A model generated the notes under the pieces. That model had not been told where the DNA came from, ran no database searches, and saw only the letters and a list, made by a program, of their open reading frames with translations. A DNA stretch of 63,788 nt, counting the filler, from Guillardia theta CCMP2712 (lineage: Eukaryota > Protista > Cryptophyta): assembly GCF_000315625.1 (NCBI RefSeq). It is 7 parts of 7 records of this genome, joined end to end, with 100 filler letters (N's around TTAATTAATTAA, not from the genome) between each part and the next. Parts side by side here need not be neighbours in the genome. Positions count along the whole stretch, not along the records: positions 1 to 26,268 come from NW_005434580.1; 6 more parts are not named here. The stretch is one strand, 5' to 3'. Positions within the stretch are counted from its first letter, which is position 1; each line of letters starts with the position of its first letter. Positions 1 through 15,118 of this stretch are shown here, in pieces. The position numbers and the translations under genes are program-made.

Positions 1-446
1 GTGCGAATCAGATCCTTTAGGTTGCCTCAGCGTTGTATGCCTCTCCTCACGCATGCCGGAAACCGGCGTGCCGCCGCTGCGGCACTGGCTGCCCGGCCCC
101 TGGCCCGGGCCCGGGCGGCCTCAGCCGCGACGCCGTGACGGTCGCCGGGCCGGGCCTCAGTCCGGGGCCCCCGGGGCCGGGCGGACTAACTAGTATAACT
201 TTGGATGGGCCGCACCCCAGGGCCACCCACCCACCGTCACCCGTGGTGCCATATGAGGAGGGGCGGGAAAAGAGGGGGTAGGGTAGGGTGGGGTCACTGG
301 AGTCATCAACCTCGACTCCCCAAGCGCGCCAAGGCGCCGCGATGAAAGTTGGTGGGCGGCAACCGTGATGCACGGACGAGAGTTGAGCGAGATGAAGTGA
401 AGAGATGAAACATGAGCGAGTGATACACACTTGTACATGACAGGTG

Positions 447-3400
447 CATGATGAGGTAGAGAGAGCACTGTATCTATATAACGCCAGAGCCGTTCTCCTA
501 CACTTGAGCTCGTCCTGTACACTGCTGCTGCCTTGTCGATTGCCAGGATGTCCTTTCAGACTTCACCGCGTGTCTTCGACTACATTCCAAGATTCTTCAC
601 GGAAAACCTTAAGACCAGCCCAAGACATCTCGATCCGTACGAAACCAGTCCTCGGAGTATCGACGCCGAGGACTTGTTGAGAAGGGTTCTCGTAATGAAT
701 GATAAACTCAGTGTTCAAGATTTCCTGAGCGCACAGGATGCAGGTACAGATTTGCCGCTCAAGACATGATACCAATGATTCTTTTACAGGAGCCTTGCTG
801 TCACTAGTTGACCTGGAATTGGATACTCAAGGAGCTCAAGTCGATCGAAGGAGGCACGGTTGCAAAATGACGACGTGATGAGCTCAATTTCTTACTTGAA
901 CGGCAGAGATCGTCAAGCTCGCGATCAACGTCCTGCGAAATCAAATCTCGATGATAAAATCAGAGAATGCCGGGTTACAGATGGAATGCGATCATTCTAA
1001 GAAACGAATTGCTGAACTGGAGCAAGAACAAAGTTTCTCACATCAGTCACTGGAATCAATCCGGACAAGCACTTCAATGCTTTCAGAGAAAACGTTTTCT
1101 AAAGCCAAAGATGGCTTCCTAGCAGAACAGAGTCGATTGAATTCTATCATCGAAGGGCTCAAAATGAAACTTCGATCCTCGGAGCAATCCCTGCAATTAT
1201 TGGAGAGTAAGCTTAAGAACTGTGAATCTGAGAATCAAAATCTTCAATCAAGAATGTCGCAGAATGATGCCGTATTTGCGGCAAGGGAAAAGTCACATGA
1301 GACGGAGGTGAAGGCTTCCATTAGTGTTGAGAGTTCTTTACCACCCTTGATATTCAGATGAGGGATTCTCTGCAGGATTTGGAAGCAATGGTCCATGAGA
1401 ACAGTTTACTAAAGCAAAAGATACTTTCTACACAGGATGTGAGCATTCTTTTTCCTTGCTACACCTTGCAAGAACAAAATCTACACTCGTTGTTTCTTGC
1501 TGCTTTCTGATTGATATGATGAACAGGAAATGGTGCTTCTACACAGTAAGCTAAGTGCTCTCAATCATGACCTTATCAACTACGAGAAGAAGGTTTTCAA
1601 TTCACAAGTTCTTTTCTCTCTTATTTTTGTGCTTAACAGTTAGATGAGAGTAACGGCGGTAACTTTCTCTTTTAAATGAATCTTGCACAAAACAAATTAA
1701 CCGTTGTCGTTCAGAAGCTCGAAAGTGGAAGGCGAATGCAGATCAACAATATTTTGCGCTTTCTGCCATGACGAAGGATCGTGATAGACTGCATGATCTT
1801 GTTGACAGTACGCAAAGGAGGTTTGATGACGAAAGGGCAAGATTTTCGAAGTATCGAGACCGAATGAAAAAGTTGTAGAAACTTCCAGCTAGGCTCTTCT
1901 GCTGACCTCGTTAATAATTAGGTCAAGAGCTGCAAGGCTTGAAAGAAGCGTCAAAATGAAAGCCATTGCATCACTTGCCGTGCTCATGCTTCACAACAAA
2001 GTTGTCTCTCGATCTGAAAGGTCGCGAGGTTTGAAAATCAGAACTACATGTACCGTTGCTTTAATGATTTCAAGTGAGTATTCCCGCCTTTATGTAGATT
2101 GACATAACCTTTTATGCAGAGGCATTCCATTCCATCTGCAATATGATGGTAAAGGGCAGATGTTCTCATTCTGGCAACCTTATTTCCAGATTTCTTGTGA
2201 AAACAAGAGGAGTCATCACGAGAGAACAGAAATTGTGTCGTGAATTTTTTGGAATTTGGAAGAGAGCTGCACAACGAACTTCGAGGCTCAAAATGAAGAT
2301 CAGAGCCCTTTATTTCAGAAGGAAAAAATGGAACACGACTGAAGTTTTTGGTAAATGGGTTGATACTCACCGACAGGAGATCGCAACAAAAAATAGAGTC
2401 GTCCATATCATCATGAGCTGCAGAAGAAAGACACTAGAATACTTCTTTGAAAGACTCAGCGATAATGTGCGCGAAAACAAACAAACGAAGCAAAACACAG
2501 AAGAGCAAAGAAAACGAGCAGAAGAAGAAACCAAATACCAAAACATTGTGGAAAGCTTCCAAAGAGAAAAAGAGGAAAAAAGAAACAAAATAGTGCAAAT
2601 TGCGAAACAAACAATTAACCGTATGTTCCATATTCAGCTTGCGACAGCGTTCGACAGCTACCGGGAGCGGGTGGATCAGCGGAAGGAGCGAAGGACCCTG
2701 TGCAGGCGGGTGGTGGAGAGGATGCTGCAAGCTCGGCTAGCAGCAGCCTTCGACCGTTTCCAGGAGGCGGTAGAGGGGATGGCGAGGCAGCGGGCGAGGG
2801 TGACGGCAGTGATCGGACGGTGGACACAGCCTTGGGTCAGCCTATGCTTTGAGAGCTGGCTGGAGGCCACGGACGAGGCTCGACGGGCACGGGCGGCGGA
2901 AGGGCTTGAGGAGGTACAGGCAGAGCTGACGGCAGAGGCAGAGAAGCAGAGGGAGTATGCGGAGCGCTACATCGAGCTACGCAAGGAGCAGAGCCGGAAG
3001 GTGATCAAGCGGATGTTCCATATTCAGCTTGCGACGGCGTTCGACAGCTACCGGGAGCGGGTGGATCAGCGGAAGGAGCGAAGGACCCTGTGCAGGCGGG
3101 TGGTGGAGAGGATGCTGCAAGCTCGGCTAGCAGCAGCCTTCGACCGTTTCCAGGAGGCGGTAGAGGGGATGGCGAGGCAGCGGGCGAGGGTGACGGCAGT
3201 GATCGGACGGTGGACACAGCCTTGGGTCAGCCTATGCTTTGAGAGCTGGCTGGAGGCCACGGACGAGGCTCGACGGGCACGGGCGGCGGAAGGGCTTGAG
3301 GAGGTACAGGCAGAGCTGACGGCAGAGGCAGAGAAGCAGAGGGAGTATGCGGAGCGCTACATCGAGCTACGCAAGGAGCAGAGCCGGAAGGTGATCAAGC

Positions 3401-6263
3401 GGATGTTCCATATTCAGCTTGCGACGGCGTTCGACAGCTACCGGGAGCGGGTGGATCAGCGGAAGGAGCGAAGGACCCTGTGCAGGCGGGTGGTGGAGAG
3501 GATGCTGCAAGCTCGGCTAGCAGCAGCCTTCGACCGTTTCCAGGAGGCGGTAGAGGGGATGGCGAGGCAGCGGGCGAGGGTGACGGCAGTGATCGGACGG
3601 TGGACACAGCCTTGGGTCAGCCTATGCTTTGAGAGCTGGCTGGAGGCCACGGACGAGGCTCGACGGGCACGGGCGGCGGAAGGGCTTGAGGAGGTACAGG
3701 CAGAGCTGACGGCAGAGGCAGAGAAGCAGAGGGAGTATGCGGAGCGCTACATCGAGCTACGCAAGGAGCAGAGCCGGAAGGTGATCAAGCGGATGTTCCA
3801 TATTCAGCTTGCGACAGCGTTCGACAGCTACCGGGAGCGGGTGGATCAGCGGAAGGAGCGAAGGACCCTGTGCAGGCGGGTGGTGGAGAGGATGCTGCAA
3901 GCTCGGCTAGCAGCAGCCTTCGACCGTTTCCAGGAGGCGGTAGAGGGGATGGCGAGGCAGCGGGCGAGGGTGACGGCAGTGATCGGACGGTGGACACAGC
4001 CTTGGGTCAGCCTATGCTTTGAGAGCTGGCTGGAGGCCACGGACGAGGCTCGACGGGCACGGGCGGCGGAAGGGCTTGAGGAGGTACAGGCAGAGCTGAC
4101 GGCAGAGGCAGAGAAGCAGAGGGAGTATGCGGAGCGCTACATCGAGCTACGCAAGGAGCAGAGCCGGAAGGTGATCAAGCGGATGTTCCATATTCAGCTT
4201 GCGACGGCGTTCGACAGCTACCGGGAGCGGGTGGATCAGCGGAAGGAGCGAAGGACCCTGTGCAGGCGGGTGGTGGAGAGGATGCTGCAAGCTCGGCTAG
4301 CAGCAGCCTTCGACCGTTTCCAGGAGGCGGTAGAGGGGATGGCGAGGCAGCGGGCGAGGGTGACGGCAGTGATCGGACGGTGGACACAGCCTTGGGTCAG
4401 CCTATGCTTTGAGAGCTGGCTGGAGGCCACGGACGAGGCTCGACGGGCACGGGCGGCGGAAGGGCTTGAGGAGGTACAGGCAGAGCTGACGGCAGAGGCA
4501 GAGAAGCAGAGGGAGTATGCGGAGCGCTACATCGAGCTACGCAAGGAGCAGAGCCGGAAGGTGATCAAGCGGATGTTCCATATTCAGCTTGCGACGGCGT
4601 TCGACAGCTACCGGGAGCGGGTGGATCAGCGGAAGGAGCGAAGGACCCTGTGCAGGCGGGTGGTGGAGAGGATGCTGCAAGCTCGGCTAGCAGCAGCCTT
4701 CGACCGTTTCCAGGAGGCGGTAGAGGGGATGGCGAGGCAGCGGGCGAGGGTGACGGCAGTGATCGGACGGTGGACACAGCCTTGGGTCAGCCTATGCTTT
4801 GAGAGCTGGCTGGAGGCCACGGACGAGGCTCGACGGGCACGGGCGGCGGAAGGGCTTGAGGAGGTACAGGCAGAGCTGACGGCAGAGGCAGAGAAGCAGA
4901 GGGAGTATGCGGAGCGCTACATCGAGCTACGCAAGGAGCAGAGCCGGAAGGTGATCAAGCGGATGTTCCATATTCAGCTTGCGACGGCGTTCGACAGCTA
5001 CCGGGAGCGGGTGGATCAGCGGAAGGAGCGAAGGACCCTGTGCAGGCGGGTGGTAGAGAGGATGCTGCAAGCTCGGCTAGCAGCAGCCTTCGACCGTTTC
5101 CAGGAGGCGGTAGAGGGGATGGCGAGGCAGCGGGCGAGGGTGACGGCAGTGATCGGACGATGGCTTAGCCCTTTGCTTTCTGTTGTTTTTTTGGAGTGGG
5201 CCTCCTTTGTCCTTGATCGTTCTGAGTTTCTTGACGTCGGCTGCATGACAGATGCAGGGGTTGTGTTTGATGAAGAAATTTCAGCGCTGAGGGAGCAGCT
5301 TTCAGACGCTCTTTCAAGGGAGGAATACTTGATACGAGTCAGTAAGAAGAAGTCGAAGGAGAACCAAGAAATTCTCGAAGATGCCAATTCTTTGCGTCAA
5401 CGTTGCTCTGATTTAGAAAAGACCAACGCATTCTGCTCATTCAGTTCTTTCGCCATCTTTCGTCGATATCAAAGTTCTTGCCGGAAGGTAACAAATTTGA
5501 TATATGTTCTTCTCCTTGGACATGCGCTACTCACACGTTCTTTGTATCTCATCTCAGGCAACACACTGGGCATGTCAACGCCATCAGCACAGATTCACCT
5601 TGTCGAAGTGCTTCGTGCTCTGGAGTCAAGTGGTTGAGACTGCATTCTACCACAACACGTCAATGTCTTCTTGCTTATCCTGCACGACTGACTAGCGGAG
5701 CAGTTATCTGGTTCCTCGGATGCAGTCAAAGACATCGAGGAGAAATCTCCTCTCCATCCTTCAGGGTAGACTGGTTGTGGTTGTCATCGGCTCGCTGGCA
5801 TGACAACATCGTCTCGCAGGTTGGCGGGCGCTCAGCTTGAGGCTCAGGATCATTTCCAGATGGTTGACGCATACCATCGCACAAGATGAGACTCTCTTGA
5901 CAGTTGCTTTCACACACAGGCGACTCAGGAAGCAGGAGAAAGGCTCGTCAGAGCTCTTGTCAGGTTTCCTCGCTCGGTCAGTCTCGGGCCTCCCGGCCCA
6001 CTGAACTTGCGCTGCCCCGGTCAGGCTAACTGAAGCGTTTGCAGATGGAGGGAGCAGGCCTCTCCCGACCTCGTCTCCACTTTCTGTTGAGCCTCGGCGA
6101 CGTGGCTGTTGTATCCATGAGGACCCGGAAGTCACGGATACTTTCCCGGATACTCTCTTCAAGTTTTAGAGCGCCGCGGCAGTCATCAGCGACGCTCCTC
6201 CTCCTTCCTCCCCTTGCGCGTGCACTGCAGCAAGCGTCACAGTGGTGTTGGTGCAGTACGTAG
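447..6263 (+). CDS. Large multi-exon coiled-coil protein with Sfi1-like (centrin-binding) 33-aa repeats; both ends approximate
   Basis: ORFs 533-769, 951-1361 (coiled coil) and 2143-5637 are separated by apparent GT-AG introns. Repeated L-x3-F-x2-W/Y/F motifs: LCREFFGIW, TTEVFGKW, LATAFDSY, LAAAFDRF, VSLCFESW, LSVVFLEW and, after the intron at about 5488-5557, LSKCFVLW. Confidence 0.65.
2623..5163 (+). repeat. Exonic tandem repeat, 390-bp unit (130 aa), about 6.5 near-identical copies
   Basis: ATGTTCCATATTCAGCTTGCGAC recurs at 2623, 3013, 3403, 3793, 4183, 4573 and 4963. Only isolated substitutions are visible: gcgacAgcg in copies 1 and 4 versus gcgacGgcg elsewhere, and gtAgag in copy 7. Confidence 0.98.
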
Positions 6264-6924
6264 TTGACTTCAAGTAAACTTAGAGACTTCTATCCCTGAG
6301 ACTCGGTGACTCTGTCCGAAGTTCCGAGTCTCTACTCGTAGCGTCGTTGATCTTTCAAGTTTGTGTTGTGTAGGTGATACAACCGTTGGCCATCGGATAG
6401 GCCCCGTGATTGCCGGCGGACCGTACGCGCCCAGAAGCTGTGAACTATACAGGTGCCACTTGCTTTGGGTGAAGTCAACGACTCAAGTTTTGACTGGAAA
6501 CGGAGTCCGAGAGTCTCGCTGTTCAGTACAGTGTGACTCCAGTGCCACTGTGACTGTTGACCACATAGGATGAGTGACAGCCTGTGGCAGTCGGTCAAAC
6601 TGACTAGCAGTGTCAGCCTGTGCCCAGCTGAGTGCCAGTGACCCCGGTCGCCGGTTCACGGGCCGCAAGTTGGGCAGGCTGCGTGACAGTGACTGGAACT
6701 TGGAACGTCCGTTGAACAGCGGGCGTTACGGATTTAACGGTCTGGGCCGGCAGGCTGTAACGACCAACATGATGACGGTTACGTCATGTTTTGTCTCCTT
6801 GCATGGGACATGTGTCAGTAAGATTGAAGGCGTCTCATATATTTCAAAAATAAAATCTGAATATTTGAAAACTAAGAGAATTATTTGAAAGTATCCTTCG
6901 AATTAGCAAACTGATTGGACAGGT

Positions 6925-7185
6925 TTCCCTACATACTACCCCTATCTACCGGTATAAGTACCCCCACCCCCCATCTTGTAGGTCAGATGGGTAAGCGAAA
7001 ATTGGATATGGAATCCTAACTACCCCTACCCCCACCTCGGAACAACCCCGGAATATCCACTGTACCCCACCACTTTCATGACCCTACCCCCTCAAAATGA
7101 TCCAATTTCAGTAAAGACATAGAAAAGTTGATTCCCCACCCCACCTCCTAGTGGCCCATCACGAACCACCCACCCACCCCATTTA
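6925..7185. promoter_or_regulatory. TACCCC/CCACCC motif block upstream of gene 7490
   Basis: At least 7 TACCCC/CACCCC words; similar blocks precede other genes in the window. Confidence 0.5.
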
Positions 7186-7489
7186 AGACTTTACTAGTAC
7201 CAATCATATCTCCCTTTCCTCATCTCCATTCCCTCCCTCCCTTCCGCCCCCGTTCTCTCCTCCTCTCTCTCTCCTCCCTCTCCCTCCCGTTCCACCAACT
7301 CCCTGTCTTCTTCCCTCTCCTGCCTCCAACTCCCCGACTTCTCCACTTCTACACCGTCAACCTCTCCGTCTCCTCTGTCTTCTCTTCCTCTTCGTCCTCT
7401 TGTTCTCCTGCTCTACCTCGAATATCCTCCTCCTCTGTCACAGTTTTTCCTTCCCCTTCCCTCCTTTCTTGCATCAACTCATTCCTACA

Positions 7490-8251
7490 ATGTCTGCGGT
7501 GGCAAGCAAGCCTTCCGCGCAAGACCCTTCCTCCGAGCTTCCTGGAGCAACAGCTCCCTGTGTGAGAAACAGGGTGTTGGAGAGGGTTGTACATCCTTCT
7601 CCGAGAGGAGAGGACCTGAGGATAGCAGACAAGTACTTCTTCCAGGAGCTCAGCAAGAGCGCTGGGAACGAGGCAGGGATGAGATGGCTGCACGAGCGGG
7701 TGGTGAAGAGTGACCCGTATGCTGGGGTGTCGAACGGGTGCTCGAGCACAGCACTCTCAGACTACGAGACGAGCGAGGAGGATGAGGAGGACGAGGATGA
7801 GGGGGAAGGGGGCAACCTGATGGACTTTGCGTTTGTTGAGAAGTATCGGAATAGTCAGAGCCAGCACTTGGAGCCGACATGCGTCTACGCCCTCCTGAAC
7901 GAAGGATATGAGAGCATGATGAACAGACTGTGGTCATGGCTCGTGGTCATGTTCGCTTTCCTCGGGTGGTTCCAGCCCAGGGGGGAGGAGGTGAAACTGG
8001 AGGAGAGTGCGCCGGTGGAGGAGATCAGCGAGGTGGTAGCGGAGGAGGCAAGCAAGGACAAGGAGGAGACGAAGTCACAGCAGTCGGAGGAGGATGGGAT
8101 CAATCGCAGCAGCAGCACAGAAGGAGAGTCCTCGTCTCTACCCCGTCCTCGACCCAGAAAGTCGTCCTCGCTCGGTCGCATGCTGAGGACGGTCGATAAG
8201 GAAAAGAAAGGGCTGATCTACACTGACGCGGCTCACCTTCTGTGGGACTGA
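7490..8251 (+). CDS. Intronless hypothetical protein with one hydrophobic segment; paralog of 13407-13913
   Basis: ATG at 7490 follows a pyrimidine-rich leader. Contains IADKYFFQEL..G.EAG..WL and hydrophobic LWSWLVVMFAFLGWF. Confidence 0.7.
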   Translation: MSAVASKPSAQDPSSELPGATAPCVRNRVLERVVHPSPRGEDLRIADKYFFQELSKSAGNEAGMRWLHERVVKSDPYAGVSNGCSSTALSDYETSEEDEEDEDEGEGGNLMDFAFVEKYRNSQSQHLEPTCVYALLNEGYESMMNRLWSWLVVMFAFLGWFQPRGEEVKLEESAPVEEISEVVAEEASKDKEETKSQQSEEDGINRSSSTEGESSSLPRPRPRKSSSLGRMLRTVDKEKKGLIYTDAAHLLWD

Positions 8252-8499
8252 AGGAGGAGCCGAGGTGTTCGTCTCCTGCTCCTGCTTCCCTCCTCATCAA
8301 TCTTCATCGTTACCGTGTTATCTTGTAGTATGAATATGCGTTTCCTGTGTTCTATTGAACTGCAAAGAGCTTTCATGCTCGGGTCTTGTAAGCGTCAGAA
8401 GCTAGTTGGTGATCTCAAGATCGATTTGATCTCCTCCTGCCTCTCTCGCCGCCGCCTCCTCCTTCTTCTTCGCCTCCTCCTTCAGCTCCGGCGAGCGCA

Positions 8500-11700
<3,201 letters not shown>

Positions 11701-11713
11701 TTGCTTGAGGCAC

Positions 11714-11843
11714 TAGGAAGTGAACTAGGAGGTGAGCTAGGAGGTGAGCTAGGAGGTGAACTAGGAGGTGAGCTAGGAGGTGAACTAGAAGGTGAGCTAG
11801 CAGGTGAGCTAGAAGGTGAACTAGGAGGTGAACTAGGAGGTGA
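11714..11843 (+). repeat. 12-bp minisatellite (CTAGGAGGTGAR), about 10 copies
   Basis: Directly visible; translates as ELGG or PPSS repeats. Confidence 0.9.
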
Positions 11844-12304
11844 ATTTCCCTCCCGTTTCATCTCGTCCCTTCACCTTCTCTCTTGCTGCTCCTTTCATGT
11901 TCACACAAACGGAACCAGCAAGTTTACAAATCTTGATCTCAAGTTACAAATGCACGAGTAGTTCCCAACTAATTCATCTTCCTTCACTTCTACTCTCCTC
12001 CTTTCTTCTGCTCTTCACTTCGTTGTTATGTCCATCCTCTCCTCTCCTCTCCTCTCCTCTCCTCTCCTCTCCTCGCCTCTCCTCTCCTGCCATACAACCG
12101 TAATGCCGCATCATTTTATAGCACAGCCACGCAATCGATGTAAGTTTCAAAAGTTTGAAAGTTTTCGAAACTTCAAGTTTTTCAGCTGGGGAAACTATCA
12201 AACTTTCCGGGTACGGAACCGCTCGGATGTTGAAACTTGAAAAGTTCCTTGAGGTGAGGCGGGCTTGGATAATGATGATAATCAGTCATATGACAGTGAT
12301 ATGC

Positions 12305-12935
12305 CAGCCGCCGAGCCGCGTCAATGCACTGCTGGGCCCGGCCCCCGGCTAGTACCGTAGTACGGCCGCACTGGAACCCCGGGCCCGGGCACGGCGGCGC
12401 CGGCCGGGGCCCGGGCCCGGCAGCGGCCGCAACTCAGAGTGGCACGCCGAGCCGGCACGGCTCAGGCTGAGTGGCCCAGGCTACTTGAATTGGCCCGGTA
12501 CTACTACCGTGACGGTACGCCGCCGACCGTACGGTCACGGTAGACAACGAGGGGGAGCCTGATCAGTGAAGAACAGTGCAAGCCTTCAAGCACATTGAAA
12601 ACTGCTGTCCAAGTTTGCCAGGTTGCAGCTCAGTGAGGGCGATCAATGATCATGACATTCACTGTACGGTCGGATGATGATCACTGGCATGATGATAGTT
12701 GAAACTTTGCCCTAGTACGGCCCGGGAACCGACGGCACGGTCACCGCCGCACAGCGCCGGGCCTCCGGGCCGCGGCCGGGCCTCGGAGCCGGCACGCCGG
12801 GCCTCAGTCGGACTGAGCGCCGGCCCGGCACGCCCAGCTGAGCGCCGGGCCGCGCCCCGGGTCGCCGGAGCCTCTGGCAGCTCCCAGCCGGAGCCGGCAC
12901 CCGGCAGTGGGCCGGGGCCTCGCCCGGTCGGAGCC
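12305..12935. other. CCGG/GGCC-rich intergenic island
   Basis: Very high GC, with recurrent CCGGGCCCGG, GGCACGG, GTACGG and CTCAG/CTGAG words; no convincing ORF. Confidence 0.6.
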
Positions 12936-13406
12936 TCTGCAACATTGGAATTTTGAAATAAATTTCGATATATCTTGAAATATTTGCAGAGATTTCTAAA
13001 ACAAAACCATAAAAATTCGTTCCAATCGTTAAACCTACTCCTCCGCCATGTCGATGCCCCTGGTCGCAACAACGCACCTCAACCCCCTCTCCGTCCTCCT
13101 CCTCCTCCTCTAACGGCTCTACAGGCTATTCCTCTGTGAGATTTCCCTTCCGTCTCACTCCTCTGCCAGCGCCTCGAGCACATACCCTTGCAAAACAATT
13201 CCCACCTCTACGTACGGCTCCCCCTTGCCCTTCGCATCTCCACTATCCCCCAATTACCATCTCCTCCTCTTCTGACCCTTCTTCTCGATCCGGAGTCTAT
13301 ACCATCTTCTCTTCTGAACCTCTAGCTTGCCTTGTCGCCCTTTATTTTGGTCCGACCCTGTCTACAACATCGCTGAAACCTAGGAAATACTTTATTGGCT
13401 CCAGAA

Positions 13407-13913
13407 ATGCCCAGCTCAGTTCGCTCAAGGGGTAAGAAAAACGACATGTCTGGGAGGCATGGCTTAGAGCGAACGTCCTCTTCGGGGTCGACTCGTCAGG
13501 GCAGTGCATGCAGTCGAAGGAAGAACATTGGAGTCAACGACCTCTACTTTTACGTCGAGCTTTGTCACTCGCATGGCCGAGAGGTCGGTCAAGCATGGCT
13601 GTCGCAAGCAACGGGAGTCAAGGTGAGCGATGAGGACACAGCAAAAGAACCTGGGATTGAGGAGCTGCAGTACATCACCTGTGAAGGGTTCAGCGATACA
13701 AATGTCTTCGAATACCTTGTTTCACTGCTAAAGCACCTGTGGGTTTTGTTTCTTGCAATGCTTGCTTGGCGGCCAACCCGTTCAGCCAGTGAGTGTTCAC
13801 CCGAGTCGAAGCAGAAGAAGAAGAAGAAGAAGAATTTACACTCTGTGATGAGGAGTATCAAGGAAGAAGAGCTTGCTGGTGCGACGGCTCCACCACAGTC
13901 GGCGCTGAGCTAA
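13407..13913 (+). CDS. Intronless hypothetical protein with one hydrophobic segment; paralog of 7490-8251
   Basis: ATG at 13407. Contains IGVNDLYFYVEL..G.EVG..WL, hydrophobic LWVLFLAMLAW and a basic C-terminal patch. Confidence 0.65.
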   Translation: MPSSVRSRGKKNDMSGRHGLERTSSSGSTRQGSACSRRKNIGVNDLYFYVELCHSHGREVGQAWLSQATGVKVSDEDTAKEPGIEELQYITCEGFSDTNVFEYLVSLLKHLWVLFLAMLAWRPTRSASECSPESKQKKKKKKNLHSVMRSIKEEELAGATAPPQSALS

Positions 13914-14769
13914 GTGTCCGGGGGTCCAGTCCTCGTATCTTGCAGTCTGGAATAGACTCCAGGTAACAGTAGTGCACCATGGGTGCAGCTAGACAGTCAA
14001 AGCAGACATCTGAAAGTTGATCTTATGTGCAGCAATTCCTTGAAGCATGCAGTGACTGAGAAAAGTACCCCTCAACTTCGTTGGAGCTGGATGCTTGAAG
14101 TTGTGCAGTCTTGTTTATCAGCATGTCCGAATCCGGAAGGGCCAGTGGTGACCAGACTCATGGCAAGGTTGTGACGTTCAAAGACGTCCACGCCAAGATC
14201 AAGGACCTCCTAGCGTACCGTTCATAGAGCCGAGCCGATGAGGAGGCTTGAACCTGACTGGCCATACAGCGATAAGAGATAAAAGACAGAGAGAACCAAC
14301 CTCCGAGTCTTTGAGTAACAATGAATCTCATCGGCAAGAGTATGAGGGTTGGTTGTCACTGTTTCTTCTCTCAGAGTCTAAGCCTCCTCTACTGTCCTTG
14401 TTGTCCTCGTTATTTTAACGTAACTTTGAGTAAACGGTCAAGTCGGAGTACAGGCTTCGTACCCGATGCGCATTCTAATCTCTCAGTAACGCGGCCGTTG
14501 ACCTCACTGGCCCGGGAGGGCCTTCCGAGCCTCCTCCCAGCACCTTGCGACCTACTAGTGCAGCTGCTAGTGACCCTCCCCCGCCTGCCGCACCCCGTCC
14601 CTCCACGTCAGACCCTCTGACGCTGGCATGCCGACCAAACTCTCCAACTTCTCTACCTCCATGCCGCCTTGCCGCAAGTTGATGTGCCACGGCCCCGTTG
14701 GCGGCAGCAAGGAGGGAGGGGGATGAGATAAGAAGGACAGGGAAGATACAGGAAGGTGAATAGAAAGAA

Positions 14770-14892
14770 CAGGGAGGGCAGGGAGGGCAGGGAGGGCAGG
14801 GAGGGCAGGGAGGGCAGGGAGGGCAGGGAGGGCAGGGAGGGCATGGAGGGCATGGAGGGCAGGGAGGGCAGGGAGGGCAGGGAGGGCAGGGA
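14770..14892 (+). repeat. 9-bp tandem repeat (AGGGAGGGC)n
   Basis: About 13 copies are directly visible. Confidence 0.9.
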
Positions 14893-15118
14893 GGATAGAC
14901 ACTTGAGGGTGGTTCGACGATAGGGGAGAAGGGGCAAGGAGAGATGGAGCAGAGCAACGAAGGAGTGGGAGCCTCACTCTTATCTGATGACCTGAGACAG
15001 ATGCAAGGTCATCGCCGGTTCCTGGGAGCAGCTTGACGGTGAATGAAGTCGTCGGAAGGTTTCAGGATGTTGTTGTTCCTCTTGCTCTGACAAGCACTTG
15101 CCTCGTCCCGCACTCAGC

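Noticed and set aside
2623-5163. 390-bp array as CRISPR or satellite DNA
   Set aside because: There are no unique spacers, and the array is in frame within a protein-coding exon.
12659-13077. Pro/Gly/Arg/Ala-rich ORFs in GC islands (also 33-430, 34663-35076 and 54472-55112)
   Set aside because: Stop-poor GC-rich DNA open on both strands; treated as non-coding islands.
14200-14980. Possible small minus-strand gene between 13913 and TTLL
   Set aside because: Some exon-like segments exist, but I could not build a consistent frame or recognise a product.
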